Source of the DNA: an uncultured Actinomycetes bacterium
GTDB lineage: Bacteria; Actinomycetota; Actinomycetes; Nanopelagicales; Nanopelagicaceae
DNA: 64,000 bases
Assembly: GCA_903843225.1 (NCBI GenBank)
Contig: CAIMOX010000016.1
Coordinates: forward strand, 39,358 to 103,357
Direction of reading: 5' to 3'
How positions within the stretch are numbered: position 1 is the first letter of the stretch; each line of letters opens with the position of its first letter. This document shows, piece after piece, positions 49,029-60,195 of this stretch. A model generated the notes under the pieces. It was not told the DNA's origin and made no database searches. It saw only the letters and a program-made list of their open reading frames with translations. Both the position numbers and the translations under genes were made by a program.

Positions 49029-50428
49029 CGACTCTGTAACGACTTCACGATCACTGGTGCGAGCGAACTCACATCACCTGCCCCAAGGGTAATAATCAGA
49101 TCTCCGGTCTTTACCTGACGAGTGATCTCCTCTACCACCTCAATCATGGATGGCTCGTAGCGCACCTTGAGCGGTGACATCTGACCAGAGATCAACAACG
49201 AGGAGACTCCAGGGATTGGCTCCTCGCTTGCTGGATAGACCTCAAGAAGGAAGACAAAGTCGGCAAGAGTTAGTGCTTGCGCAAATTCGGTAGCGAAGGC
49301 AGCCGTCCTTGAGTAGCGATGTGGCTGGAAGAGAACGAAGATCTTTCCATCACCGACCGATCGCCTCGCTGTTTCAAGGGTTACACGGATCTCAGTTGGA
49401 TGGTGACCATAATCATCGATCACGCGAACCCCATCGACCTCACCTTTGAGTTCAAATCGTCGCCGGGTGCCAGTGAAAGTCGCTAGGCCGTCAATGATTG
49501 CAGACTCTGAAATATTTAACTCGCTAGCCGCCGCAACCGCTGCGAGGGCATTGAGCACGTTGTGCTCCCCCGGAACTACCAGTTCGAGCTCTCCAATAAC
49601 TTTACCGGTATGAGTAATACGAGCTACCGAAGAACTGCTTCCTAGTGAGAGCCTAGAGATCTGCCAATCGTTTCCGCCATCGAGGTTATGTCCATATGTA
49701 CTGATCGAAATATCAGTCCTAGTAACGCGTCGGAGTAACTCTTGAACACCTAGATCGTCACCGCAAGCAACGAGAAAGCCTCCGCTTTGAATAGAAGCGA
49801 CAAATTCTTCGAAGATTCGATAAACCGATTCAAGATCGTTGAAGTGATCGACGTGATCGAGTTCGATATTTGTGATGATTGCACCCAAGGGACGATAGGC
49901 AACGAACGAACCATCGCTCTCATCGGCTTCTGCGACAAAAATATCACCACTGCCAGAGTAGGCATTTGTTCCAGATGAATTGATCATCCCGCCAATAGCA
50001 AAAGATGGGTTAACTCCAGCGGATTGAAGTGCAACAGTCAGCATTGAAGTTGTGGTCGTTTTTCCATGAGTACCGGCAACAGCAACCGAACGTTTACCTG
50101 ACATAAGAATTGCCAGCGCCTCTGCCCGTGCCAGCATTGGGAGCGAAAGTTGCATCGCTTGAGCTTTCTCTGGGTTGGTATCGGAGATTGCAGTCGAAAG
50201 AACTACTAAATCAGCGCCATTGATATTCTCAGATTTGTGACCTATAAATATTTTCGCGCCTAGGGTTCGGAGATTTTCAGTGACACTCGACTCTTTCATA
50301 TCAGAGCCGGAGACCTGAAAACCTAGTGAGAGCATGATTCGAGCAATGCCACTCATCCCTGATCCGCCGATACCGATGAAATGTATTTTTTTACCTTCAA
50401 GATCACCAACGCTTTGGTACCGAATCAT
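49025..50428 (-). CDS. murC: UDP-N-acetylmuramate--L-alanine ligase
   Basis: 467 aa with GIGGSGMSG and GTHGKTTTTSM. Confidence 0.95.
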   Translation of the reverse strand: MIRYQSVGDLEGKKIHFIGIGGSGMSGIARIMLSLGFQVSGSDMKESSVTENLRTLGAKIFIGHKSENINGADLVVLSTAISDTNPEKAQAMQLSLPMLARAEALAILMSGKRSVAVAGTHGKTTTTSMLTVALQSAGVNPSFAIGGMINSSGTNAYSGSGDIFVAEADESDGSFVAYRPLGAIITNIELDHVDHFNDLESVYRIFEEFVASIQSGGFLVACGDDLGVQELLRRVTRTDISISTYGHNLDGGNDWQISRLSLGSSSSVARITHTGKVIGELELVVPGEHNVLNALAAVAAASELNISESAIIDGLATFTGTRRRFELKGEVDGVRVIDDYGHHPTEIRVTLETARRSVGDGKIFVLFQPHRYSRTAAFATEFAQALTLADFVFLLEVYPASEEPIPGVSSLLISGQMSPLKVRYEPSMIEVVEEITRQVKTGDLIITLGAGDVSSLAPVIVKSLQSR

Positions 50429-51525
50429 CGCTGGCGCCCATGATTTCGTTGAGATTTCACGATCCCACCTAGCTTGGCTGGTGCATCGATGGGAAAGAGC
50501 GGCGCATGCGTAGTGGCTCGATATTGCTGAGCCTGCTTCACGTAGGAGATGAGATTTTGTGAGAGATGACGAGTTGTCAATTGAGTTTGATCCAACACGA
50601 TGGCGGCGCCTCGATCTGAAAGTTCGAGTGCGTTAAAAGATTGCTCACCATTGCCGATAGCTAGCGGGACAAACACGCCAAATGTTCCGAGAACGCCAAT
50701 TTCCGCACAGGTTACTGCGCCTGCGCGAGAAATCGATAGGTCGGCCGCAAGAAGAGTATCGGCCATATCTGCAATGTAGTGGAGCGGGAGATAATTTTCA
50801 CTCCGTGCGGGAAGGCGATTTCCTGCCCCGACTGCATGGAGAATTTGGATACCGATCCGAGCGGTATGCGGAAGGATTTCACTGATGACTGCATTGATTG
50901 CCTGCGAACCCTGTGAGCCTCCGAAGACCACAACAATTGGACGTTTTGGATCAAAGCCCCAATCATTCGCTTTCTTTATTCGAATCTGGTTTCGTGCTTC
51001 GAGCGAGAGCTGCGCGCCTTCAATGATAGAACTACGAAGTGGCATACCTACGATCTCGGCCTTGCCCCATTTTGAATCTCGTAATCCTGTGCTTTCAAAT
51101 GCGACAGTAAGGTGTGCACCAAGTGCTCTACCAAGGTTATTTGCCATACCTGGTTTTGCATTCGCTTCATGGATCACTATCGGAATCTTCTTCGCGCGCG
51201 CAACAAGATAGGTCGGAGCGCATACATAACCACCAAATCCAACTACAAGATCGCACCCCTTGAGCGCTCGCGATATCTGTGAGATCGCGCGTGCGAATTT
51301 AAATGGCCACGCCAGCGCAGTCAATGTAGATCTGCGCGGAAAGGGAGCCTTCGTTACCGGGTGAAGCGTGAAGCCACTCGACTGCAGAATAGAAGTATCT
51401 AACCCAGCCGATGTACCGATAAATTCGCAGTGAATGGAGGGGTCATCCGCCTGCAACCATCGCGCAAGTGCGAGTGCAGGCTCAATATGGCCAGCTGTGC
51501 CAGCAGCAGCTAACGCGACTCTCAT
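50425..51525 (-). CDS. murG: undecaprenyldiphospho-muramoylpentapeptide beta-N-acetylglucosaminyltransferase
   Basis: 366 aa. GGTAGH-type N-terminus (AAGTAGHIEP) and GT28 C-terminal domain. Confidence 0.94.
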   Translation of the reverse strand: MRVALAAAGTAGHIEPALALARWLQADDPSIHCEFIGTSAGLDTSILQSSGFTLHPVTKAPFPRRSTLTALAWPFKFARAISQISRALKGCDLVVGFGGYVCAPTYLVARAKKIPIVIHEANAKPGMANNLGRALGAHLTVAFESTGLRDSKWGKAEIVGMPLRSSIIEGAQLSLEARNQIRIKKANDWGFDPKRPIVVVFGGSQGSQAINAVISEILPHTARIGIQILHAVGAGNRLPARSENYLPLHYIADMADTLLAADLSISRAGAVTCAEIGVLGTFGVFVPLAIGNGEQSFNALELSDRGAAIVLDQTQLTTRHLSQNLISYVKQAQQYRATTHAPLFPIDAPAKLGGIVKSQRNHGRQR

Positions 51526-51531
51526 AAGAGC

Positions 51532-52725
51532 CTATTCTGCCTCTCGCTGGAGTTTAGAGCGCAGCGCGGCGCGTACTTCCGGATCTCTTCGAATCACCGA
51601 GAGCACAAAGCCAACCGCAATGAAATTGGCAAGTAGCGATGACCCCCCATATGAAACGAATGGCAAGGTGACTCCTACTACTGGTAGAAGGCCAATATCT
51701 GAGCCGACGTTGACCAGCACTTGGAGCATTAGCCAGGCTCCGATTCCAGCGCATACATATCTATGCATTAAATCTTTGGTATGCAGCGCTGTTCTGAAAA
51801 TTCCGTAAATCAAGGCAGCATACAAAATTAGAACGATCAAAGTTCCAAGTAAACCTAATTCTTCTCCAATGACTGAGAAGATGAAGTCGGTATTTGCCTC
51901 CGAGAGATTCGCCCACTTTTGGCGACTGGCACCTAATCCAACTCCGAAGAATCCACCGCTTGCCAGCCCCATAATCGAGTGAGCAGTCTGCCATCCTGCT
52001 GATTTGTACACACCAGGTGCGAAGGGGTGAAGCACCGCCGAAAATCTTGCCAAGCGATTTGGCGAGGTGAAGATAAAGTACGAGAGCCCACCAAAACCGA
52101 AGAGCGTTGCGCCTGCAAGGTAAATGCCTTCCAGCCCTGAGATGAAGAGCATGGCAAAGACAATTCCCATGACAATAATTGCGCTGCCCAAATCTTTACC
52201 CACCATGATTAAACCAACGAAGAGAATCGCACCAGGCGCGAGGATCTTCAGGTGATCGAATTGACTCTTCTCGCTCTCTCGTTCGTGGTAACGCCGAAGC
52301 ATCATCGCGCACCAGAGCACGAGCAAAAGTTTTGCGAACTCACTTGGTTGCAGAGTGAAAGATCCGATACCGATCCAAGCTTGGTTACCATTAATGTCTC
52401 GACCGATGAGCGGAGCTCTTGGAAGAATGAGAGCAATGCCGCCTAAAACTAAGGCGAATCGCGCCATCTTTTCCCAGAGCATCTGTTTCAAATGGACCGC
52501 AAGGTAGATTGCGCCGCCACCTATCACAATGAAGATAAGTTGCTTATAAAATATTGAATAGGTGGAGCCAGTCGTTTCGTAGGCCTTTACCGAAGAGGAT
52601 GAGAGGCCCATTACTAGACCTAAGGCTGTCAGGATCGCTGTAGATGTAACAATTAAGATATAGGCCGCAGTTGGTCTTTGAAAGAAGGAGAGATAGGCAG
52701 CTCGTGAATTGCGAATCTGACTCAT
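51532..52725 (-). CDS. ftsW: SEDS-family peptidoglycan glycosyltransferase FtsW
   Basis: 397-aa polytopic membrane protein with SEDS motifs, in the dcw position. Confidence 0.92.
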   Translation of the reverse strand: MSQIRNSRAAYLSFFQRPTAAYILIVTSTAILTALGLVMGLSSSSVKAYETTGSTYSIFYKQLIFIVIGGGAIYLAVHLKQMLWEKMARFALVLGGIALILPRAPLIGRDINGNQAWIGIGSFTLQPSEFAKLLLVLWCAMMLRRYHERESEKSQFDHLKILAPGAILFVGLIMVGKDLGSAIIVMGIVFAMLFISGLEGIYLAGATLFGFGGLSYFIFTSPNRLARFSAVLHPFAPGVYKSAGWQTAHSIMGLASGGFFGVGLGASRQKWANLSEANTDFIFSVIGEELGLLGTLIVLILYAALIYGIFRTALHTKDLMHRYVCAGIGAWLMLQVLVNVGSDIGLLPVVGVTLPFVSYGGSSLLANFIAVGFVLSVIRRDPEVRAALRSKLQREAE

Positions 52726-54086
52726 GATGAGATCAACTCCTTCACGCTCGAAGCAAAGAGCTCACCGCGGTGCGCGTAAGAATTAAATTGATCCATCGAT
52801 GCACACGCGGGGGCGAGAAGAACAGCATCCCCGGAGCTGGCGAGTGACGCTGCCTTCTGGATCACCTCATTCATTAAGCCAGCAGCGGTTCCATCACCAT
52901 CACAGCGGTGGATGGGAATCTTAGGAGCATAGTTAGCTAGCGCATCAGCGATCAGTTCTCGGTCTTTGCCGATCAAAATGACGGCCTTCAATCGCGGAGC
53001 GGCGCGCTGAATAAGTTTCGTCATCGAGGCACCTTTTGCCAATCCGCCAGCAATCCAAATTACTGAGGTGTGTGACAAAATCCCGGCTATTGCCGCATGA
53101 GGATTAGTCGCCTTGGAGTCATTGACCCAGCTGATTCCATCCAAGTCAAGAACTAGCTCAAGTCGATGATGATCAACGCGGAAGGCAGCTAATCCAGCTT
53201 TAATATGTGAGTGCGTAATACCAAGTGCGAGCCCAAGGCCAGCTGCTGCCAACGCATTTGAGACATTGTGCGGAACTTGTGGAGTGATATCTATTAATTC
53301 TGCAATCACTTCTGCGGAAGTGGAGTCGGAGCTGAAAGCCCTGTCTATCAATAATTCTTCGACCAACCCAAGTTCACCAGGGGCTGGAGTTTCGAGTGAG
53401 TAAAATATCTTCTCCCCTGCAAAGGCAGAACTTCTCAGAGAAATTTCGACATCGTCGGCGTTAAGGATCGCACAATCTGACATGCTAAGAAGTCTCATCT
53501 TCTCACTCGCATATGAATCAAATGAACCATGCCAATCAATGTGATCCTCGGCTATATTTAAGATCGCACAGGCTTCAAATCGCGGTAGGTGGCTCCATGC
53601 GATCTGGAATGAGGAGAGTTCGAGCGCCAGGATCTCATGAGGTTTACTCGCCATCAGCGCTGAAAGAACTGGCTCTCCGACATTTCCGCAGGCGATTGCG
53701 GACTTTCCTGCAGCGCGCAGAATTGATTCGACCATCATGATGGTTGTTGTCTTGCCATTAGTACCTGTGAGCGCAATCCACTTCTGAGTAGGGGCGATCT
53801 CCTCTTTATAGATCCACGCGAGGTCTATCTCGGAGATTATTCGAACTCCTGAAGAAGTCAGCCTCCTAATGAGCGGATGATCCTGCCGCCAACCAGGTGA
53901 GACAATCGCCAAACCATAGTGTTCAGGATTGACTTCATCAGTTGGTGAAAGCGCTCCGCTTTCGTTGTCGTCGAAGAGATCAAATTCGGTCTGGTATTTT
54001 TCTAAAAAAGTGATGATCGCCTTACCAGTGACGCCGCCACCTAGTACTGCCACTGGCCTGGCTAGTAGCGCGCTGATGCTCTCCAC
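52722..54086 (-). CDS. murD: UDP-N-acetylmuramoylalanine--D-glutamate ligase
   Basis: 454 aa with LTGTNGKTTT. Confidence 0.94.
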   Translation of the reverse strand: MESISALLARPVAVLGGGVTGKAIITFLEKYQTEFDLFDDNESGALSPTDEVNPEHYGLAIVSPGWRQDHPLIRRLTSSGVRIISEIDLAWIYKEEIAPTQKWIALTGTNGKTTTIMMVESILRAAGKSAIACGNVGEPVLSALMASKPHEILALELSSFQIAWSHLPRFEACAILNIAEDHIDWHGSFDSYASEKMRLLSMSDCAILNADDVEISLRSSAFAGEKIFYSLETPAPGELGLVEELLIDRAFSSDSTSAEVIAELIDITPQVPHNVSNALAAAGLGLALGITHSHIKAGLAAFRVDHHRLELVLDLDGISWVNDSKATNPHAAIAGILSHTSVIWIAGGLAKGASMTKLIQRAAPRLKAVILIGKDRELIADALANYAPKIPIHRCDGDGTAAGLMNEVIQKAASLASSGDAVLLAPACASMDQFNSYAHRGELFASSVKELISS

Positions 54087-55145
54087 TTATCTGGCTACCC
54101 ATTGAGCGTAGAAGAGCCCAAGTCCTGACGCGACACAGATTCCAGCGATGATCCAGAAACGCACAACGATTGTGACTTCTCCCCAACCAGAGAGTTCAAA
54201 GTGATGTTGTAAAGGTGCCATCTTAAAGATGCGCTTTCCACCACTCGCTTTGAAGTAGAGGACTTGGATGATCACCGACATAGTGATAATAATGAAGAGT
54301 CCACCCAGTGCGATTAAGAGTAATTCAGTTCGTAATGTGATTGCCATTCCTGCAATCGCGCCACCAAGAGATAGTGAGCCAACATCACCCATGAATATCT
54401 TTGCTGGAGAGGTGTTCCACCACAGGAAGCCAGCACAAGCACCAGCAAATGCTGCTGCTAAAACTGCCATATCGAGTGGATCTCGAACCGCATAACAGCG
54501 TGCCACATGTGAGTATGCGCAGCTCTGGCGGAACTCCCAAATGCCAATCAGTGTGAAAGCTAAGAAGGCCATAATCGCAGTACCGCTCGCTAAACCATCT
54601 AGTCCGTCGGTGAGATTTACTGCGTTGCTCGATCCCATAATGAGCAGTGTCACCCAAATCATGACAACTACTCCGCCCAAGATCAATGAGGTATCTCGAA
54701 CCGTTGAAAGATGGTGTGAGATTGGAGCCAAGCCATATTTATCAACGAAATGCAGCCCAGCATACCCAAAGGCGATCGATACAACGGCCTGTCCGATTAG
54801 TTTCTGAATCGCCGTAAGACCAAGAGATCGCTTCTTCACGATCTTCAACCAGTCATCAAGGAGGCCAATGGCGCCAAGTCCGATCACAAGCGCGAAGACG
54901 AGAAGGGCAGATGAACTGATGTCAGAGCCTGCGAGAAGATGTGAAATCAGGTACGAAATGATGACGGAGGTAATGATCACGACCCCGCCCATCGTCGGAG
55001 TACCACGCTTTACATGATGGGCAGTTGGACCATCCTCACGAATTTGCTGTCCATAACCGCGCTTAGCCAGAAGTCGAATAAAGAGAGGTGTTAAAAAGAG
55101 TGAGAAGAATAATCCACTCGCCCCTGCATAGAGAATGCCTTTCAC
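54087..55145 (-). CDS. mraY: phospho-N-acetylmuramoyl-pentapeptide transferase
   Basis: 352 aa, 10-TM MraY pattern (NAVNLTDGLDGLA). Confidence 0.96.
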   Translation of the reverse strand: MKGILYAGASGLFFSLFLTPLFIRLLAKRGYGQQIREDGPTAHHVKRGTPTMGGVVIITSVIISYLISHLLAGSDISSSALLVFALVIGLGAIGLLDDWLKIVKKRSLGLTAIQKLIGQAVVSIAFGYAGLHFVDKYGLAPISHHLSTVRDTSLILGGVVVMIWVTLLIMGSSNAVNLTDGLDGLASGTAIMAFLAFTLIGIWEFRQSCAYSHVARCYAVRDPLDMAVLAAAFAGACAGFLWWNTSPAKIFMGDVGSLSLGGAIAGMAITLRTELLLIALGGLFIIITMSVIIQVLYFKASGGKRIFKMAPLQHHFELSGWGEVTIVVRFWIIAGICVASGLGLFYAQWVAR

Positions 55146-56539
55146 TTCTGCTCCCCCTCGTGCATCGAAGTGGAGCGAGATGAACAGGCAGTGATAATGC
55201 GTTCAGCAAGCAGATTAAGTTTCTCTGCTCTTGAAGCCTTAATCAGAACGCAATCGCCTGGCTCAATATTCTCTGCAATTCGCATCGCAGCATCAATATC
55301 CGTTGCCGAATGTAGAGTGAGGCTCTCGCTTTCCACGTTATAAAGATCCGTTCCTACGCCAACTAAGTGATCTAATCCCAATGAGATCGCAAGTCTGCCA
55401 ATCTCTTGATGAGATTGCGTCTCTGACTCGCCGAGTTCGTGCATCTTCCCAAGGAAGGCCCAGGAAGCTCCGCCCCGCTCCTGTGCGAAGAGTGCGAGTG
55501 TCTTGAGTGCGGCTTTCGTACTTTCTGGGTTGGCGTTGTAGGAGTCATTAATGATCACAAAGTCACCTAGATCGTGGAGTTCCATGCGCCACTTGCTAGA
55601 AATATCGGCAGTGGACAAGGTAGCGGCAATCGTCTCAAGCGAAATCCCGAGTGAGGTTGCTATCGCTGATGCAGCAAGGGCATTTGCGATCTGATGTGCT
55701 CCCAATATTCGCAAGCTAACGGCGGCACGCCCAGCTGGGGTAACCACGTCGAAGTGGGCTCGACCCTCACGAATTTCAATATCGGCAGCTCTGACAGTGC
55801 AACCTGAGCTTTCACCAAAACTCATTCGAGTGATATCAGATCTACCTTCTCCCATAAGTGGTGTGAATTCATCATAACTACCAAGTATGGCTACGCCACC
55901 CGGAGCGATATTTTCGATCAACTCACCCTTGGCTCGACCGATCGCTGCGCGATCACCAAATTCACCTAGATGCGCGCTACCGACAACTAAGACAGCGCCA
56001 ACCTGCGGTTTCGCAATCTTGCACAACTTTGCGATATCGCCCTCGTGGCGCGCTCCCATCTCAAGCACGCAGAACTTTGTGGTGTCAGTACATCTGAGAA
56101 TAGTGAGTGGTAATCCAATTTCATTGTTAAATGAGCCGGCTGGAATAACCGTCTCGCCTGCACTCATGAGGATATGACCGAGCAACTCCTTCGTTGTTGT
56201 CTTTCCTTGTGAGCCAGTAATTCCGATAAAGGTGCAGTGTTGAGCTCTCTCACGAGCAAACTCAGCAAGCTGGGCAAGAGCGGCGAGCGGGTCGCTAACA
56301 ATAATTGATGGATTTTCACCTCTACGCATCGTCAAAGCAAAGGTTGCTCCGTTTTCCAACGCCATCTCAATGAAATCCGCACCATCAACGTTCACTCCGG
56401 GAATTGCGACAAAGAAGCTACCTGGCTTCGCTTCACGAGAATCAATCACTGGATACTCGGTAATAATCTGGTCGAGATTTAGTCGATGGACGGATCCGTT
56501 TATCCGTTCGGCGATATCGCGCACTGAGATCCCGATCAT
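55142..56539 (-). CDS. murF: UDP-N-acetylmuramoyl-tripeptide--D-alanyl-D-alanine ligase
   Basis: 465 aa with ITGSQGKTTTKE. Confidence 0.94.
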   Translation of the reverse strand: MIGISVRDIAERINGSVHRLNLDQIITEYPVIDSREAKPGSFFVAIPGVNVDGADFIEMALENGATFALTMRRGENPSIIVSDPLAALAQLAEFARERAQHCTFIGITGSQGKTTTKELLGHILMSAGETVIPAGSFNNEIGLPLTILRCTDTTKFCVLEMGARHEGDIAKLCKIAKPQVGAVLVVGSAHLGEFGDRAAIGRAKGELIENIAPGGVAILGSYDEFTPLMGEGRSDITRMSFGESSGCTVRAADIEIREGRAHFDVVTPAGRAAVSLRILGAHQIANALAASAIATSLGISLETIAATLSTADISSKWRMELHDLGDFVIINDSYNANPESTKAALKTLALFAQERGGASWAFLGKMHELGESETQSHQEIGRLAISLGLDHLVGVGTDLYNVESESLTLHSATDIDAAMRIAENIEPGDCVLIKASRAEKLNLLAERIITACSSRSTSMHEGEQK

Positions 56540-58014
56540 GAGAACTCCTTGATTGCGTGAGCCAATTCAATTCGATCGTCAAAGGGGTATTTCACTCCTG
56601 CAATCTCTTGGCCAGTCTCGTGACCTTTGCCTAGAATAATTACAGAATCCCCGGCCTGTGCTTCACTGACAGCGATTGCGATTGCGCCACGGCGATCACT
56701 CTCAATTACAAGCACATCAGATTCTTGACCACCATTTACCATCTGAAGAAGTATCGTGGCTGGATCCTCACTGCGCGGATTATCGCTGGTGAATACTGCG
56801 ATATCGCTACCTGCTATGAGCGCCGCTCCCATAAGTGGGCGCTTAGTCGCATCCCTATCCCCGCCGCACCCTAGTACTGCAATAACTCGCCCTGATGTTA
56901 TTTCACGAACAGCTCTCAATACATTCTCCACAGCATCTGGGGTGTGAGCAAAGTCAACGAGTGCAGAAAAGGACTGACCCTCGTTAATGCGCTCTAACCT
57001 ACCCGGAGCACCAATAAGACCTACGAAATCACGACCAATTGCAAGTGGATCTAGTCCCGTCTTCACGCCAAGAGCAACTGCCATTAGTACATTGTCGAGG
57101 TTGTGTGCGCCGATTAACGAGATGTGACCTTCGATCAAGATCCCGCCCACGCCGCGAATTGCAATCTGATATCCAGCTCCATCATTAACGATTGATGTGT
57201 AGTGCCAATCCGCTTTTGGATTTAATCGAGAGAGTGACTCTGCCGGTATGTAGACCTCAGAAAAGAGCCTTGCTCCCCAATCGTTATCTACATTAATAAT
57301 TGCCGAATCTGCATATTCAACAGTGAAGAGTTTGGCCTTGGCCTTGAAATACTCTTCCATGCTTGAATGGAAATCTAAGTGGTCTTGGCTCAAGTTTGTA
57401 AAAGCTGCAACTGCAAAGCGGGTGCCAACCATTCTGCGCTGAACAAGTGCGTGACTACTTACCTCCATGACGCAGTGTGAAAGCGTTGACTCTCTCATCA
57501 TTGCACCAATTGCTTGCAACTCAGTTCCTTCTGGCGTCGTAAATGTAGTCGGGTAGTGATCGCTACCAATAGTGATGCCGGTGGTGCCGATCATCCCTGG
57601 CTTTCGATTCTGGCCTTGCCAGAGCTGAAAGAGCAAGCTAGCAACAGTCGTCTTGCCATTTGTACCTGTTATTCCAACGCTCGTCATCGCGGCGAAGGGG
57701 CGTTCATAAAACCATGAAGCGATATCTGCACTCACCTCTTTTGGATTCGGGGTGAGAATGATTGGCAAGGAATTATCAGCAAGTTGTGATCCAACTTCGT
57801 CAGTTAGTAAAGCTACTGCACCCTTCGCAGCTGCATCACGAGCCAAGGTTGCGCCATGGGTCTTAGCGCCAGCAAGTGCAATGAAGAGATCACCAGGTTG
57901 AATATGTGCGGTATTGCTCGTTACCCCAGAGAAACTTCCTTCGTGGTTGACAGAGATCCCGAGAAACGCAGCAAGATCCCGAAACTCTTTGGTGTGGGAT
58001 TTAATGGGCCGCAT
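56536..58014 (-). CDS. murE: UDP-N-acetylmuramoyl-L-alanyl-D-glutamate--2,6-diaminopimelate ligase
   Basis: 492 aa with ITGTNGKTTV and a DNPR motif (TSDNPRSEDP). Confidence 0.94.
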   Translation of the reverse strand: MRPIKSHTKEFRDLAAFLGISVNHEGSFSGVTSNTAHIQPGDLFIALAGAKTHGATLARDAAAKGAVALLTDEVGSQLADNSLPIILTPNPKEVSADIASWFYERPFAAMTSVGITGTNGKTTVASLLFQLWQGQNRKPGMIGTTGITIGSDHYPTTFTTPEGTELQAIGAMMRESTLSHCVMEVSSHALVQRRMVGTRFAVAAFTNLSQDHLDFHSSMEEYFKAKAKLFTVEYADSAIINVDNDWGARLFSEVYIPAESLSRLNPKADWHYTSIVNDGAGYQIAIRGVGGILIEGHISLIGAHNLDNVLMAVALGVKTGLDPLAIGRDFVGLIGAPGRLERINEGQSFSALVDFAHTPDAVENVLRAVREITSGRVIAVLGCGGDRDATKRPLMGAALIAGSDIAVFTSDNPRSEDPATILLQMVNGGQESDVLVIESDRRGAIAIAVSEAQAGDSVIILGKGHETGQEIAGVKYPFDDRIELAHAIKEFS

Positions 58015-59806
58015 GTGTTATCACGCCCCCGCCAGCAGCCTTTAACGCGGCACTTGTTAATGGATATGCAATAGTTGATGGCGCGGTTGGCGCAATATGT
58101 TTTGCCTGTAAGACAAAGCTCATGACCTTCTTAAAAACCGGACCGGCAACTAATCCACCAAAGTGGACACCTTGTGGAGCCTGAACAACAACACTCACTA
58201 CATAACGCGGCGCATCGGCCGGTGCAAAACCAATGAAGGATGCGGTGTATCCGCTGTAGCCACCATTACCATTTGCTCGCATCGCCGTACCTGTTTTTCC
58301 AGCAACGCGATACCCAGGAATAGCAGCTTCAGGTGCGGTTCCATCAGCCGTAACAACACTCTCCATCATCAGGCGCATCTTTGTTGCAGTGTCCGAACTT
58401 ACGACTCGCACTGATGAGGCAGGTTTTGAAGCGGTGAAGTTACCACTCGGATCAAAGTAGCCCGCAACAACATTGGGAGTGACGCGTACGCCATCATTAG
58501 CAATCGTTGCAAAGACGCTCGTTGCCTGTAGCGCTGTAACTGAGTATCCCTGTCCGAAGGCGATAGTAGGAGCAGATGTCGCCGACCAGGTCGAAACTGG
58601 ATGAAGAATTCCCTGCGTCTCTCCAGGAAGATGCGAACCTGTGAGTTGACCGATTCCAAACTTTCGTAGATACGAGTAAAGGGTATCGTTTGAGAGCATC
58701 TCGCCTACTTGGATGGCACCGGTGTTACTTGAAATTGCAAGCGCGCCAGTCGTTGTCAACACTTCCGTGGCATGTGCTTCGTGATCGTGAAACGGGGTTC
58801 CGCCAACTTTGAGCGTATAGGGAATCGTCAGCGTGGTCAGCGGCGTTATCTTTCCCTCTTCCATGGCCGCAGAATAGGTAATGATCTTTCCCACTGAGCC
58901 AGGCTCGTAAGCATCTGTTACTGCTGGGTTTCGTAATACTGAAATATCTTTAATTGGTTTAGTTGGATCAAATGTTGGTGCAGAAGCTTGAGCAAGAATT
59001 TGTCCCGTCTTAGGATCCATGACGACAACTGTCCCTGACACGGCATGTGCTTGCTTGACGGCGGCAGAGATCGCATCCTGTGCAACCCATTGGACATCAC
59101 GATCAATCGTGAGCTCAACACCTGTCCCGGCCTTTGCCTCAATCACAACCTCCTTTGATCCCGGAATTATCGTTCCGGCACCATTAGCGAATAAATACCG
59201 ACCATTAGTACCGGTAAGGGTGGAGTCAAGACTCGATTCAAGCCCACCCGCACCTACGCCCGCCTCATTAATCTTTCCTATGAGTGATGCCGCAAGAGTG
59301 CCAGTTGGGTAATCACGCACATATGATCGCTCCGAGTAAAATCCAAGAAGGCGTTGGGCTAAGCCGCCAGGTTCTTTCACGATCTGATTGTTATAGTTTA
59401 TGAGAGCAGTATTGAGCGCATTCCAGATATCGGGAGTGACTTGCTTGGCGATAATCTGATAACGCTTGGTACCAGTAAGTAAAGGCAAGAGCTCACTCAC
59501 TGATGTCGAGAGATATGGCGCCACGAAGGCTGCTGTCTTAGCAGGATCTGAAATTTGAACTTGGTCAACAACAATATTGACGGCGGCAACGCTGCGAGCG
59601 AGCTGCACTCCATTGATATCTGTAATGGTTCCGCGAGGGGCCAACAAGATTGAGGAGTTGAGCAACTCTGAATTTGCTCTCGCGGTATAGCCGCCAGCTT
59701 GAACAGCTTGAACATCGATTAAGCGAAGTCCAAATAGGAGAAAGACACCGGCGGAGACAGTCACTAGTTGACGAATCCGCTTCGATGTAATCTGCGAAGG
59801 AGTCAT
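58001..59806 (-). CDS. ftsI: class B penicillin-binding protein (FtsI/PbpB transpeptidase)
   Basis: 601 aa. N-terminal TM segment, SxxK (GSVGK), SxN (SSN) and KTG (AGKTGTA). Confidence 0.93.
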   Translation of the reverse strand: MTPSQITSKRIRQLVTVSAGVFLLFGLRLIDVQAVQAGGYTARANSELLNSSILLAPRGTITDINGVQLARSVAAVNIVVDQVQISDPAKTAAFVAPYLSTSVSELLPLLTGTKRYQIIAKQVTPDIWNALNTALINYNNQIVKEPGGLAQRLLGFYSERSYVRDYPTGTLAASLIGKINEAGVGAGGLESSLDSTLTGTNGRYLFANGAGTIIPGSKEVVIEAKAGTGVELTIDRDVQWVAQDAISAAVKQAHAVSGTVVVMDPKTGQILAQASAPTFDPTKPIKDISVLRNPAVTDAYEPGSVGKIITYSAAMEEGKITPLTTLTIPYTLKVGGTPFHDHEAHATEVLTTTGALAISSNTGAIQVGEMLSNDTLYSYLRKFGIGQLTGSHLPGETQGILHPVSTWSATSAPTIAFGQGYSVTALQATSVFATIANDGVRVTPNVVAGYFDPSGNFTASKPASSVRVVSSDTATKMRLMMESVVTADGTAPEAAIPGYRVAGKTGTAMRANGNGGYSGYTASFIGFAPADAPRYVVSVVVQAPQGVHFGGLVAGPVFKKVMSFVLQAKHIAPTAPSTIAYPLTSAALKAAGGGVITHAAH

Positions 59807-60195
59807 TTCTGGATCGACCCGCTCAGGTTAATAAATGTTGGAACCGTGTTTGGAATCATGCCTAACTTTGTTGCCGCCACGGAGAGTGTGTCAGGTGAGG
59901 ATTTTACTGCGGCTTCTCGGAGTATTGAATCTCGTTGATCATTGACGATATTCATCTGATGCTTTAAATGCGAGAGTGTGAAGGCATCCTGATTGAGCGA
60001 GGTATTAATAAAGAGTAGAGCGATAAGACTTGCCGTAAAGATTGCACCGAGAACTGTGAGAAAGGCGCGGAGTTGAACCTGCTCCCCTGCTTCAACCTTT
60101 AATTCCGGAACCAACCGCAAAACCACTTTTGTGCCGCGATTGATGACCGCTGCGCGTGAGCGCGCAATTGTTGGTGAGAGAAGTGGAATCGCCAT
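59803..60195 (-). CDS. ftsL: FtsL-like septation membrane protein
   Basis: 130-aa bitopic protein between rsmH and ftsI. The call rests on position and topology only. Confidence 0.65.
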   Translation of the reverse strand: MAIPLLSPTIARSRAAVINRGTKVVLRLVPELKVEAGEQVQLRAFLTVLGAIFTASLIALLFINTSLNQDAFTLSHLKHQMNIVNDQRDSILREAAVKSSPDTLSVAATKLGMIPNTVPTFINLSGSIQK